Part shown: positions 12,664 to 27,073 of the stretch, piece after piece | Numbering within the stretch: position 1 is the stretch's first letter | How the letters are laid out: each line of letters begins with the position of its first letter | Notes under the pieces: generated by a model | What the model was told of the DNA's origin: nothing | Seen by the model: the letters and a program-made list of their open reading frames with translations, nothing else | The model's database searches: none | Program-made: the position numbers and the translations under genes | Assembly (NCBI GenBank): GCA_038496445.1 | Contig: JALMLS010000017.1 | Location: 62,001-126,000, forward strand | Reading direction: 5' to 3' | Source: Trichosphaerium sp. ATCC 40318 | Taxonomy: Eukaryota; Protista; Tubulinea | Length of the DNA stretch: 64,000 nucleotides

Positions 12664-15600
12664 ATGTCTATAAGAAATGCTTTTGAGGGAAAAGTATTTT
12701 TCCTGACCGGAGTCACCGGTTTTGTGGGTAAAGTAGTGTTGGAGAAGATATTACGCAGCTTGCCAATGACAAAAAGTGTTTACTGCCTTATTCGCCCTAA
12801 ACCTTCCAAAAACCTCAATGTTCACCAACGGTTGGACATTGCGCTCAGTACGTACTGAAAAAACGCTTTTGCACCACGTACAAAAAATCTTCACTATTTC
12901 TAATGTTGAGAACGCGTAACAAACGTCCCTTACCATTTTTACTAACGTATGTAACAAGAAACCGCGCTTTTTGATCCTTTGCGCAAGTCTCGTCCTGATT
13001 TCCTCGCGTGGGCAAAAAGTAAAGTAATTCCAATAGAGGGAGATGTAAACGAAGAGTTTTTGGGTATATCTGAGGTACAAACTAATGTCTAGAGTACTCA
13101 AGTGTAGCTTTCCAATTTTGACCACATTTGCCAATCTAATCACTAGCTGTAGAGAGATCAAGCAACACTCATACGCGAAACAAATTACATTATTCACATG
13201 GCTGCAACTATCGATTTCGAAGTGAGTGAAAACATATCTCTATGGCCTCTATAGCTAATATTACGCTCAAGGAACCTCTTGCTACAGCAATAAACATGAA
13301 TGTCAACGCACCATTGACTATGCTTGAGTTCGCAAAACAAATGAGCCAGTACGCACTTTATTACACGCTTGAGGGTGCGTATTAACATTTATAGGCTCGA
13401 TGTTTTTATGCACATGTCTACTGCGTTTGTAAATTGCAATCAAATGGGAAAAACAGATGTGGATGAACGTCTATATCCTCTAGGATTTGACCCTGATGCA
13501 ATGATGTATAGAATTTCCAAAATGAAGCCTAAGCAGCTTGAGAAGGAGACTAAAAAGCTTATTGCTCCGTATCCAAATACCTACACGTTTACAAAGGCTA
13601 TTGGAGAGCACTTGCTTGTTGAAAGGAAGGAGGTGCGGAGAATTCGATATATTGATTGAGTCGCGTTAAATATGGTGTAGAATGTACCTTTGGTTATTGT
13701 AAGACCTTCTATCGTCGGTGCATCAATGGAGCAACCGTTTCCGGGATGGTAACGCAGAATACCATTTATTACTATCTAGTAACACTTTTATTTTTAAAGG
13801 ACTGACACAATATCTGCTGCTGGCGCTATTTACGTTTTCTGTGGTGTTGGTATTGTAAAACTTCTTCCAGCAGACCCTGATAAGGTACTACACATTTTTT
13901 TAGGTTGGTTGTTTGCACAGATAGTTTATTACGCTGCTTTTTACCAAAAGCGATAAAAAAAGGTCTAAAAATTTTGCTTACGTGTTTGTAGGTCGGTGAT
14001 ATTGTTCCTGTTGATTTTGTAGCAAATCAATGCTTAGTTTGCTGCGCTCACCATCACTTTAAAGGCCCAGAGGTATAAAGCCGTTTTGTTTTTATAAATT
14101 ATCAGATTCGAAAAATTTTCTAATATCTTTGTAAGAGTATGCGCGAGGTTCCTATCTACCATATCGCTACTTCAGCTGTGAATCCTCATCACTGGATTTA
14201 TTCTGCAGAGTCTGTTAAGCCTTATTGGGTAAAGAACGTACCAAAAAAGAGGTAGGAGCATTAGATTCTCTTGTTTGTGACAACTAATCTTTTATTTTTT
14301 AGTATTGCTAAATGTGACGTCACATTTGTCCCAAACTACGCCAATTACAGTGCACAATTTTTTGTCAAGTACCAGCTACCTTCTTACCTTTACCTTGCAT
14401 CCGCAAAGTACGTTCTAGGGTTTTTTTTATTTTTCTGTGTTTTTCTATTTTTCTAACTGTAAAATAGATTAATGAGGTCAAAACTACATCAAAAAGAAGC
14501 TTCGCGCTTAGCTAAAATCATTGAGCGTTGTTCTACACTCATGAAAACTTTTTGGCACTTCTTTAACAACGAATGGTTTTATTCAGTCCGTAGAGGCTAC
14601 GAGGTACGTAAAATGGCTTAGGAATTATCTATATTAGTATGAGACGTGTCAACTAACAAATGTCACTAGGTCTTCAATGGTTTGTCAAAAGCAGACCAGA
14701 TCGACTTTAACTATGACTACAATACTATTGATTGGCATCAATACCTATACCACTTTGCTTGGGGTCTTCATCGCTTTATTCTTAAAGAAGACATAGATTG
14801 TCCTACCCAACGCGAGATTGAGTACGTTCTTCTTCGAAAATGTTTGCGAGACACTTTTTGGAGTTTTTGTTTTGACTTTGTTGTAGAAATGCAAGACCAA
14901 AATTACGTGATATTGCTGGCACAAATAGACTCATTCCTACTTGGTTCCCAGATACAACATTTGCATTGACTTCAAGTCGTAAAGTAAAGTTTCCAGCTTC
15001 CTCAAAATATCGCACACTTCGCAGATCTGTTCTTCACAGCGAGAGAGTTCTAGACTCGATCCAGAGGTATTTTTATTATGGTTATTTTCTTATGTTTGTT
15101 GTTATCATGTTCGTATTTGCTCATACAAGTTGTTTAGAGTGTCTGAAGAGACTGGAGAGTCTACTGAAACATTGAACAAGCGTGCCACACAAATAATGGA
15201 TAGAATGGCATCTCGCTTGCATATGCCTGTTGTACGCTTTATGGCATATTTCTTTAGAAAAGTATGGAGAAATCTTTACTCTCAAGTTACAGTGAACGAA
15301 GAACAGCTAATGAAGGTATATCCTGGGCAATCAACCAACAAATGTTTATAAAACCCAAAATCAAGCCTAACTCTTGTTTTAGCTACGAGGATTAGCTGAG
15401 AAAGGACCTCTAGTTATTGTTCCATCTCACAGAAGTTACATTGATTTCTTGATCATCTCTTACATTTTTTTCACTTATGACATCACCATACCCCACATAG
15501 CAGCAGGTAAGCATCTTAGCATATGATTTAAATACAACAAACTCTATACTAGTGAAACCTTTTGATAAACTTTTTTTTTAGGTGAAGACTTCCTTAACAT

Positions 15601-17802
15601 GCCAGGCGTCTCTCCTCTTCTCCGCCGTTGTGGCGCATTTTTTCTCAAGCGCTCATTCAAAGTACGTTCTATAGATTGTGTTCAATTGGAATATAAGTGT
15701 GCTTACTGTATTTGTTAGGGTGACGTACTCTACAATGCTATTTTCACAGAGTATGTTCAAAAGTTGTTAATGTTGAACTGTCCTCTCGAATTTTTCATTG
15801 AAGGTACACGAAGTCGCTCAGGAAAGATGTTACAACCTAAAGTTGGTTTATTATCAATGATTACAGGTAAATAGGAAAACGAAGGAATTGAAAACAAAAA
15901 AAACGATTGACACTTTTTTGCCTTTAGAGACTTACTTCGATGGACAAGTTGATGATATAAATATTGTACCTGTAAACATCAACTACGATAAGATCATTGA
16001 GGCTGAGATTTATCCAAATGAGCTATTGGGAGAGCCAAAGACTAAGGAATCCTTAGAAGGTCTTGTAAGAGGCAGCTATATATTTAGAGTACGTTTACTG
16101 AGCTCTATGCTCTCTCTTTTCGCCCGTATAAAAGGTGTTGGTATTCTTATGTTTTGCTTGTCGCTTGTGGACTATTGCAAAATCGGTTCATTTACGGTTA
16201 ACCATTAGAATCCATGAAAGAATTTATCACCAACTTTCAGTTCTTTACTTTTCATTTTATTTATGTCTTCTCTTGTAGGAATCCTGGGGTAAAATTATGC
16301 TTAAAGTTGGTGAACCTATTTCACTCAATGATTACGTTGGCGGCTTCGTAGGCTCTAATAAATCTCTTGACCCTTTCAAAAACAAGAGGGACAGAAAGGT
16401 AAACTTAAAGCAGAAAAAATCCTCAACAAATAGTTAGTGCATCATACTTACTGTTTTAATGTAGCCTGTCAACATGGCTTTATCGCACCAAATTGTTTAT
16501 GACATTAATGCCCACACAGTATGGCCAGGATCAACTCTAGTGTCTGCAATTCTACTTACATATCGTCTTGGCATATCAAAGTATGTTAACAAGCTTTTGT
16601 TTCTCTACTATTTGTGGATTGACTTTCTAATGCTATTGACTTAGACAAAGTCTTATTGAGAAAGTCGGTTGGCTCCAGAATGAGATTTTAACAAAAGGAG
16701 AAGGTCTTGATGATTGGATCGTTGGTGAGAAGCCAGAAAAGCTTGTATCACAATGCCTTATGCACTTGGGCAACTGTGTCGATGTAAGAAAGGAGATGGT
16801 AGTCGCTAACGATACTGGTATCATTCCTCTTGCATTCTACCGGTACGACATTTAAAAATACTCTTAGTAGTCTTCGTACGCTTACAATTGCTCTTAGTAA
16901 CAAACTGGTTCACTTGTTTGCACAAGATGGTTTTGTAGCTTGTGCAATGGCACGTCATGGCAGCAACGAGCTCCTTAAGACAAAGGTAAGTAACATAACG
17001 AATAATATCTTCAAGATAAAACAAAAAGTCACGTTTTGCTAAATTCTTGTACAGGGTATCGAACGTGATGCTGTTATTCAAGATGCACACTTCTTGAGCG
17101 ATTTACTCGCTGTTGAATTTGTATACAGACCTAATCCACAAGATGCTGAGGTGCGCTGATTTATTTTTTTTTTTGGATTTTTTTCAGTCAACTTACTTGT
17201 TTAGGATTTTAACATCGTTATTGATAAATTATTGTCCTCAAATGTCCTCTCTCAAGATCAAAATAGTATGCTCATCTCTGAAGGCGCTGATACGACATTT
17301 TACTTCTATTGTGGCCTACTATGGCCTTTTATTGAGTCGTATTGGATTTGCTGTGTTGTGTTGTTATCTTTGAAGCCTCACAACTTGAACAAAAAGAATC
17401 TCATGTCTCGTATGCAATGGCTTGCTGAGACTTTGCATCGCGAAGGTAAGATTACATTCCACGAGAGTTGCAGTATAGAGACGTTAAGGAACGCAATTGG
17501 AAGGTACGACTAGACGACCGATTTAACCTTTTTTTTTCTTCTTTGCTTGTACTGCTTTCAAATCCCTTTCAAATCAATATTTTCGGCGTATACTCACTTA
17601 TACTTGTAGGTTTGGTACTTGGGGTATCGTGACAACTACTAAGGAACATATTTCATTGTCTCCTGACTGGAAGAATGTAGAGACAAAGTTGACAGCATTG
17701 TATGAACGACTTTCGTCTTTCAGAAAGAGCTCTCATAAAAATGGATCAGAAAATGGGTTACGTGGCGTTATCGCCGACTTTCCTTTGTTAAGCCGAATGT
17801 AA
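12664..17802 (+). CDS. Bifunctional fatty acyl-CoA reductase / DHAP acyltransferase (FARAT-like), peroxisomal (ends SRM)
   Basis: N-terminal FLTGVTGFVGKVVLEKILR, PNTYTFTKAIGE, IVRPSIVG and sterile domain; C-terminal PSHRSYIDFL, PHIAAGEDFL, EFFIEGTRSRSGK; one continuous splice chain; ends LSRM*. Confidence 0.9.
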
Positions 17803-17948
17803 ATAAACGGTTTAATGTGACACGGTCCAAGTTTTGCAACAACAAGCACTCTGGAGGATTGTTTATCTTCTTCTAGTGTGAAGAATTTTTTTGACTTTTA
17901 TTGGCTACTTTTTCTGGCGTACCAATTTAGAGTGATTGGTTCTTGCGT

Positions 17949-19349
17949 ATGGCAACTTGTGGGGCATTCACTATAAGCTGTCCTTGCTCGTCAGCCAATC
18001 TAGGGCCTGGGTTTGATGTTCTTGGTGTAGCATTTAATCTTCACTTGGAAGTCACTGTACGCGTAACAGATACACCCAAACGGAAAATAACATGCAGTGG
18101 AGCATATGCTGAGAATGTACGGGTGTTGGCTAAACTGTTATTGTGAACATAACACAATTTTCGATTAGATACCCGCAGATGACTCTAATTTAATTATAGT
18201 CGCTGCCTTGAAAGCGGCAGAACTGCTAGGCAAAACGCTGCCCCAAAATTTAGAAATACATGTCACCTGTAACATTCCACTTAGTAGAGGCTTAGGAAGC
18301 AGTGCTGTACGCCAAATACGCTAAAATAATCCTAAAAACCTTATTTAGGCAGCTATAGTAGCTGGGGTTCTAATGGCCAGCAAAACATGCCTAAACGCCA
18401 TCAATAAAGATGATCTACTACCTATTTGCGTTGAAATAGAAGGCCATCCTGACAATGTAACGCCTTGCCTTATGGGTACGCTCCAACACTTCAACCGTTA
18501 CAAGTGTAGGCTTACATTCAATAGGTGGAGCGACAGCATGCTGTAAAGGGACCTCAACACATCCAGAGCATGGAAAACTTAAATCAATTTATTCGCCTTT
18601 AACAGTACATCCAAGCATCAAGTACGCTGTTAGTAAGGCCAAAAAACCAGTCAGCTAACTAAAATACAAGTGCTGTTGTGGTGATTCCTTCTTTTAAGAT
18701 GTCTACAGAAAAGGCTAGAGCAGTAATGCCTAAGCAATTGCCTATAGGCGATGCAGTACGTTATTTTTTTCGGGTCAAAAAATAATGTAATGCTATTTCA
18801 CATGTGACACGTGTCAAAATGATTTTCTCCGAAGAACAGATTGACATTACGTTGAAATTGAGTTTGTGCTTTCGCACTCTTTTTGCTTCTGGGTCGTTCT
18901 TGCTAACTACCCTTTTGTTAGGTTTATAACCTTCAACGGATATCTACATTAATACATGGACTTGCCACGGGTTCTGCTGCTCATATTCATCACGGTCTTG
19001 GAGATAAACTTCATCAAGATTATCGGGCTACCTTAATGAAATCATTGCCAGCTGTTCTTGCTTTGAATAACCAAGTATGTAACAATGGAGTCTATTCATA
19101 ACTTATATTAATATTAGGGAATCAATGGGCTTTTAGGAACATGTTTGAGTGGTGCAGGACCTACAGTATTGGTACCTTATAACATGTTATTATTTTGGAT
19201 TTCTTCTAAGAAATTATAAGGCGTTGGTGAGCAAGGAAGGCAAACAAATTGGAGATAAGATAAAGAAAATCTTTTCTGATGACGGCGTTGAATCTACTGT
19301 TAAATTCCTAGATATTGATAACGAAGGTGCCACTGTTAAGGACCTTTGA
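17949..19349 (+). CDS. THR1: Homoserine kinase (GHMP kinase)
   Basis: PCSSANLGPGFDVLG, IPLSRGLGSSAAAIVAG, EGHPDNV, DKLHQDYR, CLSGAGPTV. Confidence 0.93.
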
Positions 19350-19598
19350 AATCATGAGATGAGTACACTAGTTTTCAATGAAAAAACAGCAATAAATAAG
19401 CTTAAGTAATCTTTACTAAGCAAAACTTTACGAAAGCTAAAACAGCAATAAAACGGCTGATTTTACTTTTGTATATTCAATAATACAGTGAGGGCATAGA
19501 ATAATATTCGTTGGGCTTATTGTAGTGGAGTCATGTGAAAATTAATAAAAAATAAGCTATGCTAAAGATAAAGCAGTTCTTCTTTTTGTGATGTTTTT

Positions 19599-22500
19599 TT
19601 ATATAGCTGGTGGTTGTTTCTTTAATACATTAACTATTGTTTTTGTCTTCAATACAAAGGGTGGTTTAGATGTGCTTGCGTCATGGAGATAATGCTGTCC
19701 AAACAAAATTTTACCCTTATACAAACTGTAAGAAAAGTTGTTCACTGACAGAGAAAAATGTGATTTGCAGTACATACCTTTTTTCTTCTTGTACGTGCAA
19801 GTGTTAGTAATGGTTCAGATCCAAAAGTTCCTGACTCTCTATTTATACAAACCATTTTACACCTGTTACATGGACCCATAGATTCAAAAACGTGATCACC
19901 TTAAAAAAAACAACAATTAGATTTTTAATTTTGTTTTTTTTTTCCTAATACCTATTTGAATCTTTGCCCACGTGTCCTCATCAAATGGTTTATTGTGATT
20001 TAACACTATATTAGGCCTAAAGTCTTTATACGTCACATTCTTTTCAGTCACTTGCTGAACAAGAAAGTAAGAACGAAGGAATAAATAAAAGGATTTTCAT
20101 TTAAACAATTACCTGTCCTATGAATTCTACACTCGAATGAGACACCAACAAAAATTGACTTTCATTGGCAAATGATATAGTAGCATTTGAAACCACAGAA
20201 GATTTATCAGCAGTTTTCGCTAAGTGTCGCATTCGTGCACCCTAAATCCAAATTTAATGTTTTAAAGCAACAAAAAAATGCAAGACAAATGCTACTTACC
20301 TGCCTGTTGTGGGCTGTTGATTTTCGCACAAGGTCTGCTGAACGACCAAGAAACGTTGTAAACCATTCTGAAATCTTTCCACCATACCTATCGCCAACAC
20401 ATCTAGAAACAGTATTAGACAGGTCCCATTGTTGTATTTTACCTGTCGCCACAAACCCTCAGTTTCTGTTGTGTTCGCGGGTGCTCTGAGAGCGATAGTG
20501 TAAGTGTAGACATACCAGGTGCTGTTATTGTTATATTCCCTTTATCAAGGTGGATAATGGGTTTGATCATACATAGCTTGGGCTCCTAGCGACATAAGGA
20601 AAAAACATTTTACAACAAAATAAGTACTTTTTTCTGATTAAGGTAAGCTCCTGTGTCATCTACAACTGTCCATTCCCTATCGTACAAAAACCCTAGAAAC
20701 AAGAGTAAGAACTAAAATAAATGATTCTCGAGACCATTTACCTTGATGACCAATCTGCCAACTATCAACCTCATAACCAGCACAAGATTTTAGCGGATAT
20801 ACAATTATTTTATCAATACAAGACTCTAGAAACAATTAGATCTGCATACACCACCATCAATGATTACCTGAGCTAATATCGGGTTTTCCTTGAGGCGAAA
20901 TTTGTGTTTTTACAACAGGGGCTTCACGTGGGACAAAATAAGATCGCACAAAATCAAGAAATAACTGGAGTATTGTTAGTTTTAGGAGCTAAAAAAAAGC
21001 AATTTGAGTTTATACTTACGTCTACGTCACTTTTAGTTGATACTGATGTTGGAGAAACCCTTATAGCTCCTGTTGGAATACCATCAATTATATCTTTATC
21101 ATCCCAACAAACATGACCATCTTCAAAGTTTTGCTGTACATCTCATTAAAAAAAACCCAGAAAACAAGTAGTTGGTTTGTTGATAAGAACAAGTTATGTT
21201 TGGTACCTTTATTGTTTCAGAAGATAACCCAAGCCATTTCTGACATGCACCTGGATTACAAAAACAACCTGCCTAGAGAAACAACATGAGCGGGTAGTCA
21301 GAAAATTGTGAACAAATAGACAACTTTATCGATGAAAAATCTATCTTCACTGAATTGATAAAAAAATAGCTTACCCGAAGATGTATCTTATTGAGTGAAG
21401 CTAATTTTAAGACTTCATTATAACCGTAAAATTCTCCATTTGGTCTCTTTAAATTCATTGATATAATAGGCCCTTGTAAAGTACAATCTTTTGTTTCATG
21501 ACCATATACAGAACAAACATCTTTTCCATTCATGTGTTTTAGAGATCGTAACTCATTTACAAGGTACTGCGTCAACTTATGTGTATGTGATTGTATACTT
21601 TTCATGCCACCAAGTCGTTCTATAAATTTAAAGCCTTCTTCAAGTCCCATAATACCCATAAAATCAATTGTACCTGTTTTGATGTAAGCGAATAAAAACA
21701 AGATCAGATTGACTTTTTTTACACTTACCATCTTCAAAACGCTCTTGAAAGCTTTCACGCAGTTTTCTATAGTCCTCTCCCGGCAGAGAAGCTGCAACTG
21801 TTCCACCGGCAAAAAACTTTTTGTCAAGTATGCTACACGCCTCTAAAACCATGATAAACAAAGGAGAATAACAATGTTAGAAAGCAATATTACTATTTTT
21901 TTGCTTGTGTTTGTTAGTACAATCAATCACAACGAAGCAACTGTAAATTCCAAAAAGAGAAAAAAATGTGTCACTTTTTGCAATGATCGAAAAAATTTGT
22001 CACGTGACAAGTTTGTTATTCGTAAGAACAGTTTTTTTTTACCCAGCAAGGTTTTGTACTACCCGTACCATTTTTCACTACTAGGGCACCCAAACCAGTA
22101 GGCCATCCGAATATTTTATAGAATGATAAACAAACAAAATCTGGAGTATACTTTGATAGATCCAATGGTGATGTTGATAAATAAGAAGCTGCATCTAATA
22201 GAACAAAACATTTTTCTTTTGTGTTGTTGTATTTACTACTGCACTTGATATAATCTACCAAGTCCAAGGAATGCTTGACACCAGAGAAGTTACATTGTGC
22301 TGGAAACGCAAGTAGGTTAAATACACTCTCACCACCTATAGGTTTTAGTCATTGTAGTGAAGAGCTGTGAGACTATTTTTACCTTTTTGGTCAGTTTTAA
22401 CAAACGAGGAAGGTACTTTTAATTCTTCATCAGAGAGGGCTTTAAAAGATGCCCCATGCATCTTAGCATACTCTCTTATACCCAATACTGAGTTGTGAGA

Positions 22501-23060
22501 TCTTATAGGCTTGTTAGAGCGTTGTGTAGTTTGTAATAAAAGACGAATTCGCACCCTTGTGAATAATAAAACTTCGATTCGTTTGACCACGGGAAAGTTT
22601 CCCCTACGCATTTTAAAGATGCCGTAGCGCCTTTTTTATCATTTTTAGCATTATTTATATTTAAAATGACACTTTACCTGCTGTGAATACTACGGTGTAG
22701 TGTTTTGAGTCTGTATTAAAGAATTTTAGCAATCTTTCGCGTGCTCTGTCAACACAGTCGGTTGACAGTTGACTACTTGGGTTTATGCTGTCTAGGTCAT
22801 CTTTGAGTATTGAGGGCGCGAAGGAGTAGTACGTGGGTTTCCAAGGAGTGATGTTTGGTACAATGAGAATGTATTGGCTAATTGAAGTTCAGAATAGAGT
22901 GCCGCGCCAGTATTGTCAAGATACGCAATACCTACATGAAAACTGTAAACAAAAAATTCTCTACGCTAACAAGACAGCTTCAAATACCTTCAATACGCTT
23001 AAATTCAGTTTCTCGTATCGCTTTGATGGTACTTTCGTACGAAAAGTCACACTCAGCCAT
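19599..23060 (-). CDS. MOCOS: Molybdenum cofactor sulfurase (NifS-like + MOSC domains)
   Basis: [65 protein letters not shown]; MOSC part [29 protein letters not shown]. Confidence 0.92.
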
Positions 23061-23298
23061 TATTACGTAAAAATACTCCGAAGACTTAGAACCCTACCTT
23101 AAGCTATTCACTAAAGCAGTCTGCATAAGCTACTACATCCGGCATCACGAATTAGAGTTTATTCAGAGAGTACCAAAAATACTTCGTATCTGACTACAAA
23201 CCCTTTCATACGTTTCTGGAATTTCAGAATGGACGCTTCTGTACGCAATGACAATAGCGCACTTTAAAAGGCCCTGACAAAGATAGGAGCGCGGGTCT

Positions 23299-25742
23299 AT
23301 GACTGCCTTATCTCGCTCAGCTTTCCAACGCCGTAGGCCTTCCAAACCTGTATCATATGGCCATAGGCCACCCAATAACCCAACAAGCCGTAAGACAATT
23401 CTAAAAGTTTTTAAAATAACACGCTACAGCCGTAAGAATACGCGGAGAGGAATCACCAAAACGCAAACCGCCTGTTCCCGCACCTGTACGTTGTTTTGGT
23501 AATAAGCTCCCAATAACAATTTGTTTTTAGCATGGCCAAAACCAGCACACAGGCTTCAATTTCGCGCACCGCTCGAGTAGTGATCCTAACCTTGTTAGAA
23601 AAGTTATACCTAATAGTACGAGCCCTACAAAATATTGTGGTGATGTTCACAGCGTTTCCTAGGAGCTGTAAGCCCAGAAATCAAACGTAAGGATTTGCCG
23701 GCGAAACGTCCTGAAACAAAGTTTACTCCGCCACCAGTGCTCTATCATCACCATATTAACCTCCCTGACGAGCTTACAATAAGTGACTCGTCTCTTGACG
23801 ATTCTAGCTCGCTGTACGAGTCAAGTACGGTGTATCCACAACCTCAAGTGCGCAATCCAACGGCACCACCGTCATCGAGCCTATACAAGTATAGCAGCGT
23901 ACCAAAATCATTGCAAAAACCGCAATTTACAGCACACTCCGAAAATGCGCCTGAACGGATGGCGCAGAGTGTTTCTGCGCCAAAGAGTTTGTCAATGAGT
24001 GCGCAGGTACGGAAAAAATAAATACAATTTTTTTTGGTTTTTCGGGAATTTGTAGATTTGTTTTCGCTAACGGTTGACGTAGAGAAGCATCCCAACCAAA
24101 TTCTTGGAGTCTATGCAGTTCAAACAATGTTTACAACAACTGGTAGAAGCTGGATACAGCCATCACTCAGCCACACGCGCTCTCTGGCTAACTTGTATGT
24201 GTCAAACGTAATGGGGTTATTTTTTTTGGGTTTTTTTTACTTGTTTGCTAATTGTTTTCTATTAGCTTGTGACTTGAGTAAAGCTTTAGAAATATGTCGG
24301 TCGATGTCTACAGGCTTTCATAATACTGGTATGCTATATATTGCTTTCTTTATTATTTACTAAAAGGAAGAATTAGTGGAGAGCCCAAAAGATATACCAA
24401 TAAAACAGGTTTTAAGCGAAAACCACGTTGTTAGAGAGCATATGAGAGTAACAATTCCAGATAAAGTACTATGTTCATGCTATATCCCAAAGAGGGACGA
24501 AGTATGGCTTGGAACAAATAAGGGTCAAGTGTATGTGTGGTCTATTAAGGTAAGAGTTATTTTCCTGTTTTGTCAAAAAAGGAAAAGCAATTACTATTTT
24601 ACGATGGTTGACGACTTTGTTTTTGTAGAAAATTAGGGTAACTTCATTCCGTGCACATTTAAAAGGAACACCAGTATATACAATGAAATATGTATCAGGT
24701 AATTTAGCTGTTAAATAATACTTTAGAACGAATGACGGTTTTCTACGCGCGTTTTTGTTTGAAAAACTTTTGGAGTTTTTTTTTTTTGCTTTTTATTGCT
24801 TTTGTATTACTCTTGTTCTTAACTTATCTGTAGGTGATGTTTGGACTTCAGGAGAAGATAGGATTATAAAAATATGGAAACCATCTACAGCTCGAAGAGG
24901 TCAACCAAAACAAGTCCTAGAAAAGCACAAAAACGCTGTAAAGGCTTTCGGTATTGTTAAGTTAAAAATTGATAAACTACAAGTTTGGAGTGGTGACTCT
25001 GGAGGACGTATTCACGCTTGGCGTGCAGATAATACAAGCATTAAAATAGACGCACGAGAATTCAAGCATAGAAAAGGTAAAAGGCTAGTAGGCGAAGGCT
25101 ACGATGTAGAGTCTATTCAGTTTGTTCATCAGCAGTTCAAAACACATCAAGTATGGATTGGATCTAGAAATCGCATCTACGTTTTTGATGCAACAGAGAT
25201 GGCTCTTTTATTCTATTGGGAAGCTCATGATGGGCCTGTATCTTATATGATATCTATGGGCCATAATGTATGGTCTTGTAGTGGTAAAGCCATTAAAATA
25301 TGGGATACTACTTTAGCTACGCGCATAAAGAAATATGCGTTGGACGTACGTGTTGCCTCCAATTTTTTTACTGAAAAAGTTGATAATGGCTCTTGGTGTT
25401 AACCTTGTTATTTAGAAGCGTTTACCTCTTCAACAGTTAATGGGCACAGGAAAAGGCATAAAAATCATGGTGTTGGCGTCAAGTCTACAATTTCGTCATG
25501 TATGGTGTGCTGCTCCTGGTGAGTCTGATATTACAATATGGGAATCTCAGGTACGACAAGTTTTTTTTTGTATGGATTTCTCTTGATAGGCTTGAAGGTG
25601 CTAACTTAGTCATTAGGATTTTAAGTCAATCCAAACTCTAACGGAGCACAAACACAAGGCACACTTAGTAGTGCCCTGTAAGGCGGGTACAGTGTGCACT
25701 ATAGATAAATCAAATACTGCCATATGCTGGAACTACGTGTAA
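23299..25742 (+). CDS. Pro/Ser-rich N-terminus plus WD40-like beta-propeller protein
   Basis: Repeated VWLGTNKGQVYVW, VWTSGEDRIIKIW, VWSGDSGGRIHAW, VWSCSGKAIKIWD blades. Confidence 0.7.
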
Positions 25743-25929
25743 CTCTAACATTACACCTGCAAACGGCAAGAAAAATAATTATTGAAAGATGAAAATAATA
25801 AAAAAAAAGTGGAGCTATCGCTCCATAATGTTAATTAAATTGAACAACTTGGAATTGAAGGACTTGAAATTTGCGATTGTGCGTTTATATATACATAAGC
25901 ATCGACCACACAAGCAGTAGTTTGAATAG

Positions 25930-26951
25930 TTATCTTTTTTTCAATTTTTGTTTTTGTACACCCTTAACATCAGCATCATCAGCTTCTCCGACATGAGCAG
26001 TGATTTCCATATCATCATCTTCAAGTTGGTTACCATCTTCGTCCAAATCATTATCAGATGCAAAGAATTTATACGCTGGTAAATTGTGTAGTTCGGTGCC
26101 CATGTATTTATCTCTTGGGTCTTCGTAGACATCATCTGTTGGGTTCTCTCCGTCATCTGTACCAACACCTTCAAGCAGAGCCCATTGAGGCCAAGTGCTG
26201 GGATCAAAACCGTTTACGAGTTCGTTGTGTTTATGTCTCTATAATAACGTGTAAGTAGGTAATTCTACGTTATTGTGGTAGTCTTACGAGAGGAGATTTG
26301 CCTTCTCGTGGATCGTATTCCATAAAGTCGATAGAAAGAGGATAGTGATCGCCAGGATTAGCATGTACACTGTGAGCTACAACCTCATATGTCCTGCCAT
26401 CTTCTAGGTTCTAATGTACTTGGTTAATGGCTGTCCATAAAGCGAGGGTAGTCACACGCACGAGATTATAGCGACGACCAATAAATTGACCAGTGCCAAA
26501 GGGATCTTGAAGGTGACGTATTTTCTGCGATTCCATTTCAAGGCGTATCAATTGGGTCTCTGTCTTTACGCTAAGTGATGCTGGTATCAAGCCTTTGTTT
26601 CTTAAATCTCTGTTGTATTTGGCTTTATTTGACACCAGCGGACGAAATTTAGCGTGTAAGTCTCTGGCAGGACTAAATTTGGGTTAGTTAATGCCTACAG
26701 TGTCAAATTGAGCCGTACAAATCATATTCTGCGGGATTTTGCCATTGTTCCCACCCAATACGCATACCCATCGCAGGATCTTTTGGACTCTGTGGTACTT
26801 TTCTACCCCACTTTTTTTTCCTTTGCTGCCTTCCATACCTCATCTGTCGACTATGCGACCTCTTTGCTACGGTCACAGTACCAACAGGCTTAGAAGCTGA
26901 CAGCACTGTAGACGAGCGCGCCAATACACTCGCTCTAGTACACAGAAGCAT
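25930..26951 (-). CDS. Mitochondrion-targeted ribosomal protein bL25-like, acidic tail
   Basis: Arg/Ser-rich presequence; RDLRNKGLIPASL and VVAHSVHANPGDHYPLSIDF resemble the L25 core. Confidence 0.65.
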
Positions 26952-27073
26952 GTGCGGTCTATCTCTGGCGTATTTTACCTTTGAAGGAGAGTGACTTTAA
27001 TCGGTGCTTTAGTGCGCACTTTATCAGCCTACTAAATCGGCAAAAAGCTTAAGGAGTCTGTTTTTATCACACC

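Noticed and set aside
7584-23060. TauE plus MOCOS as a sulfur-metabolism cluster
   Set aside because: Separated by unrelated genes; adjacency is unremarkable in a compact eukaryotic genome
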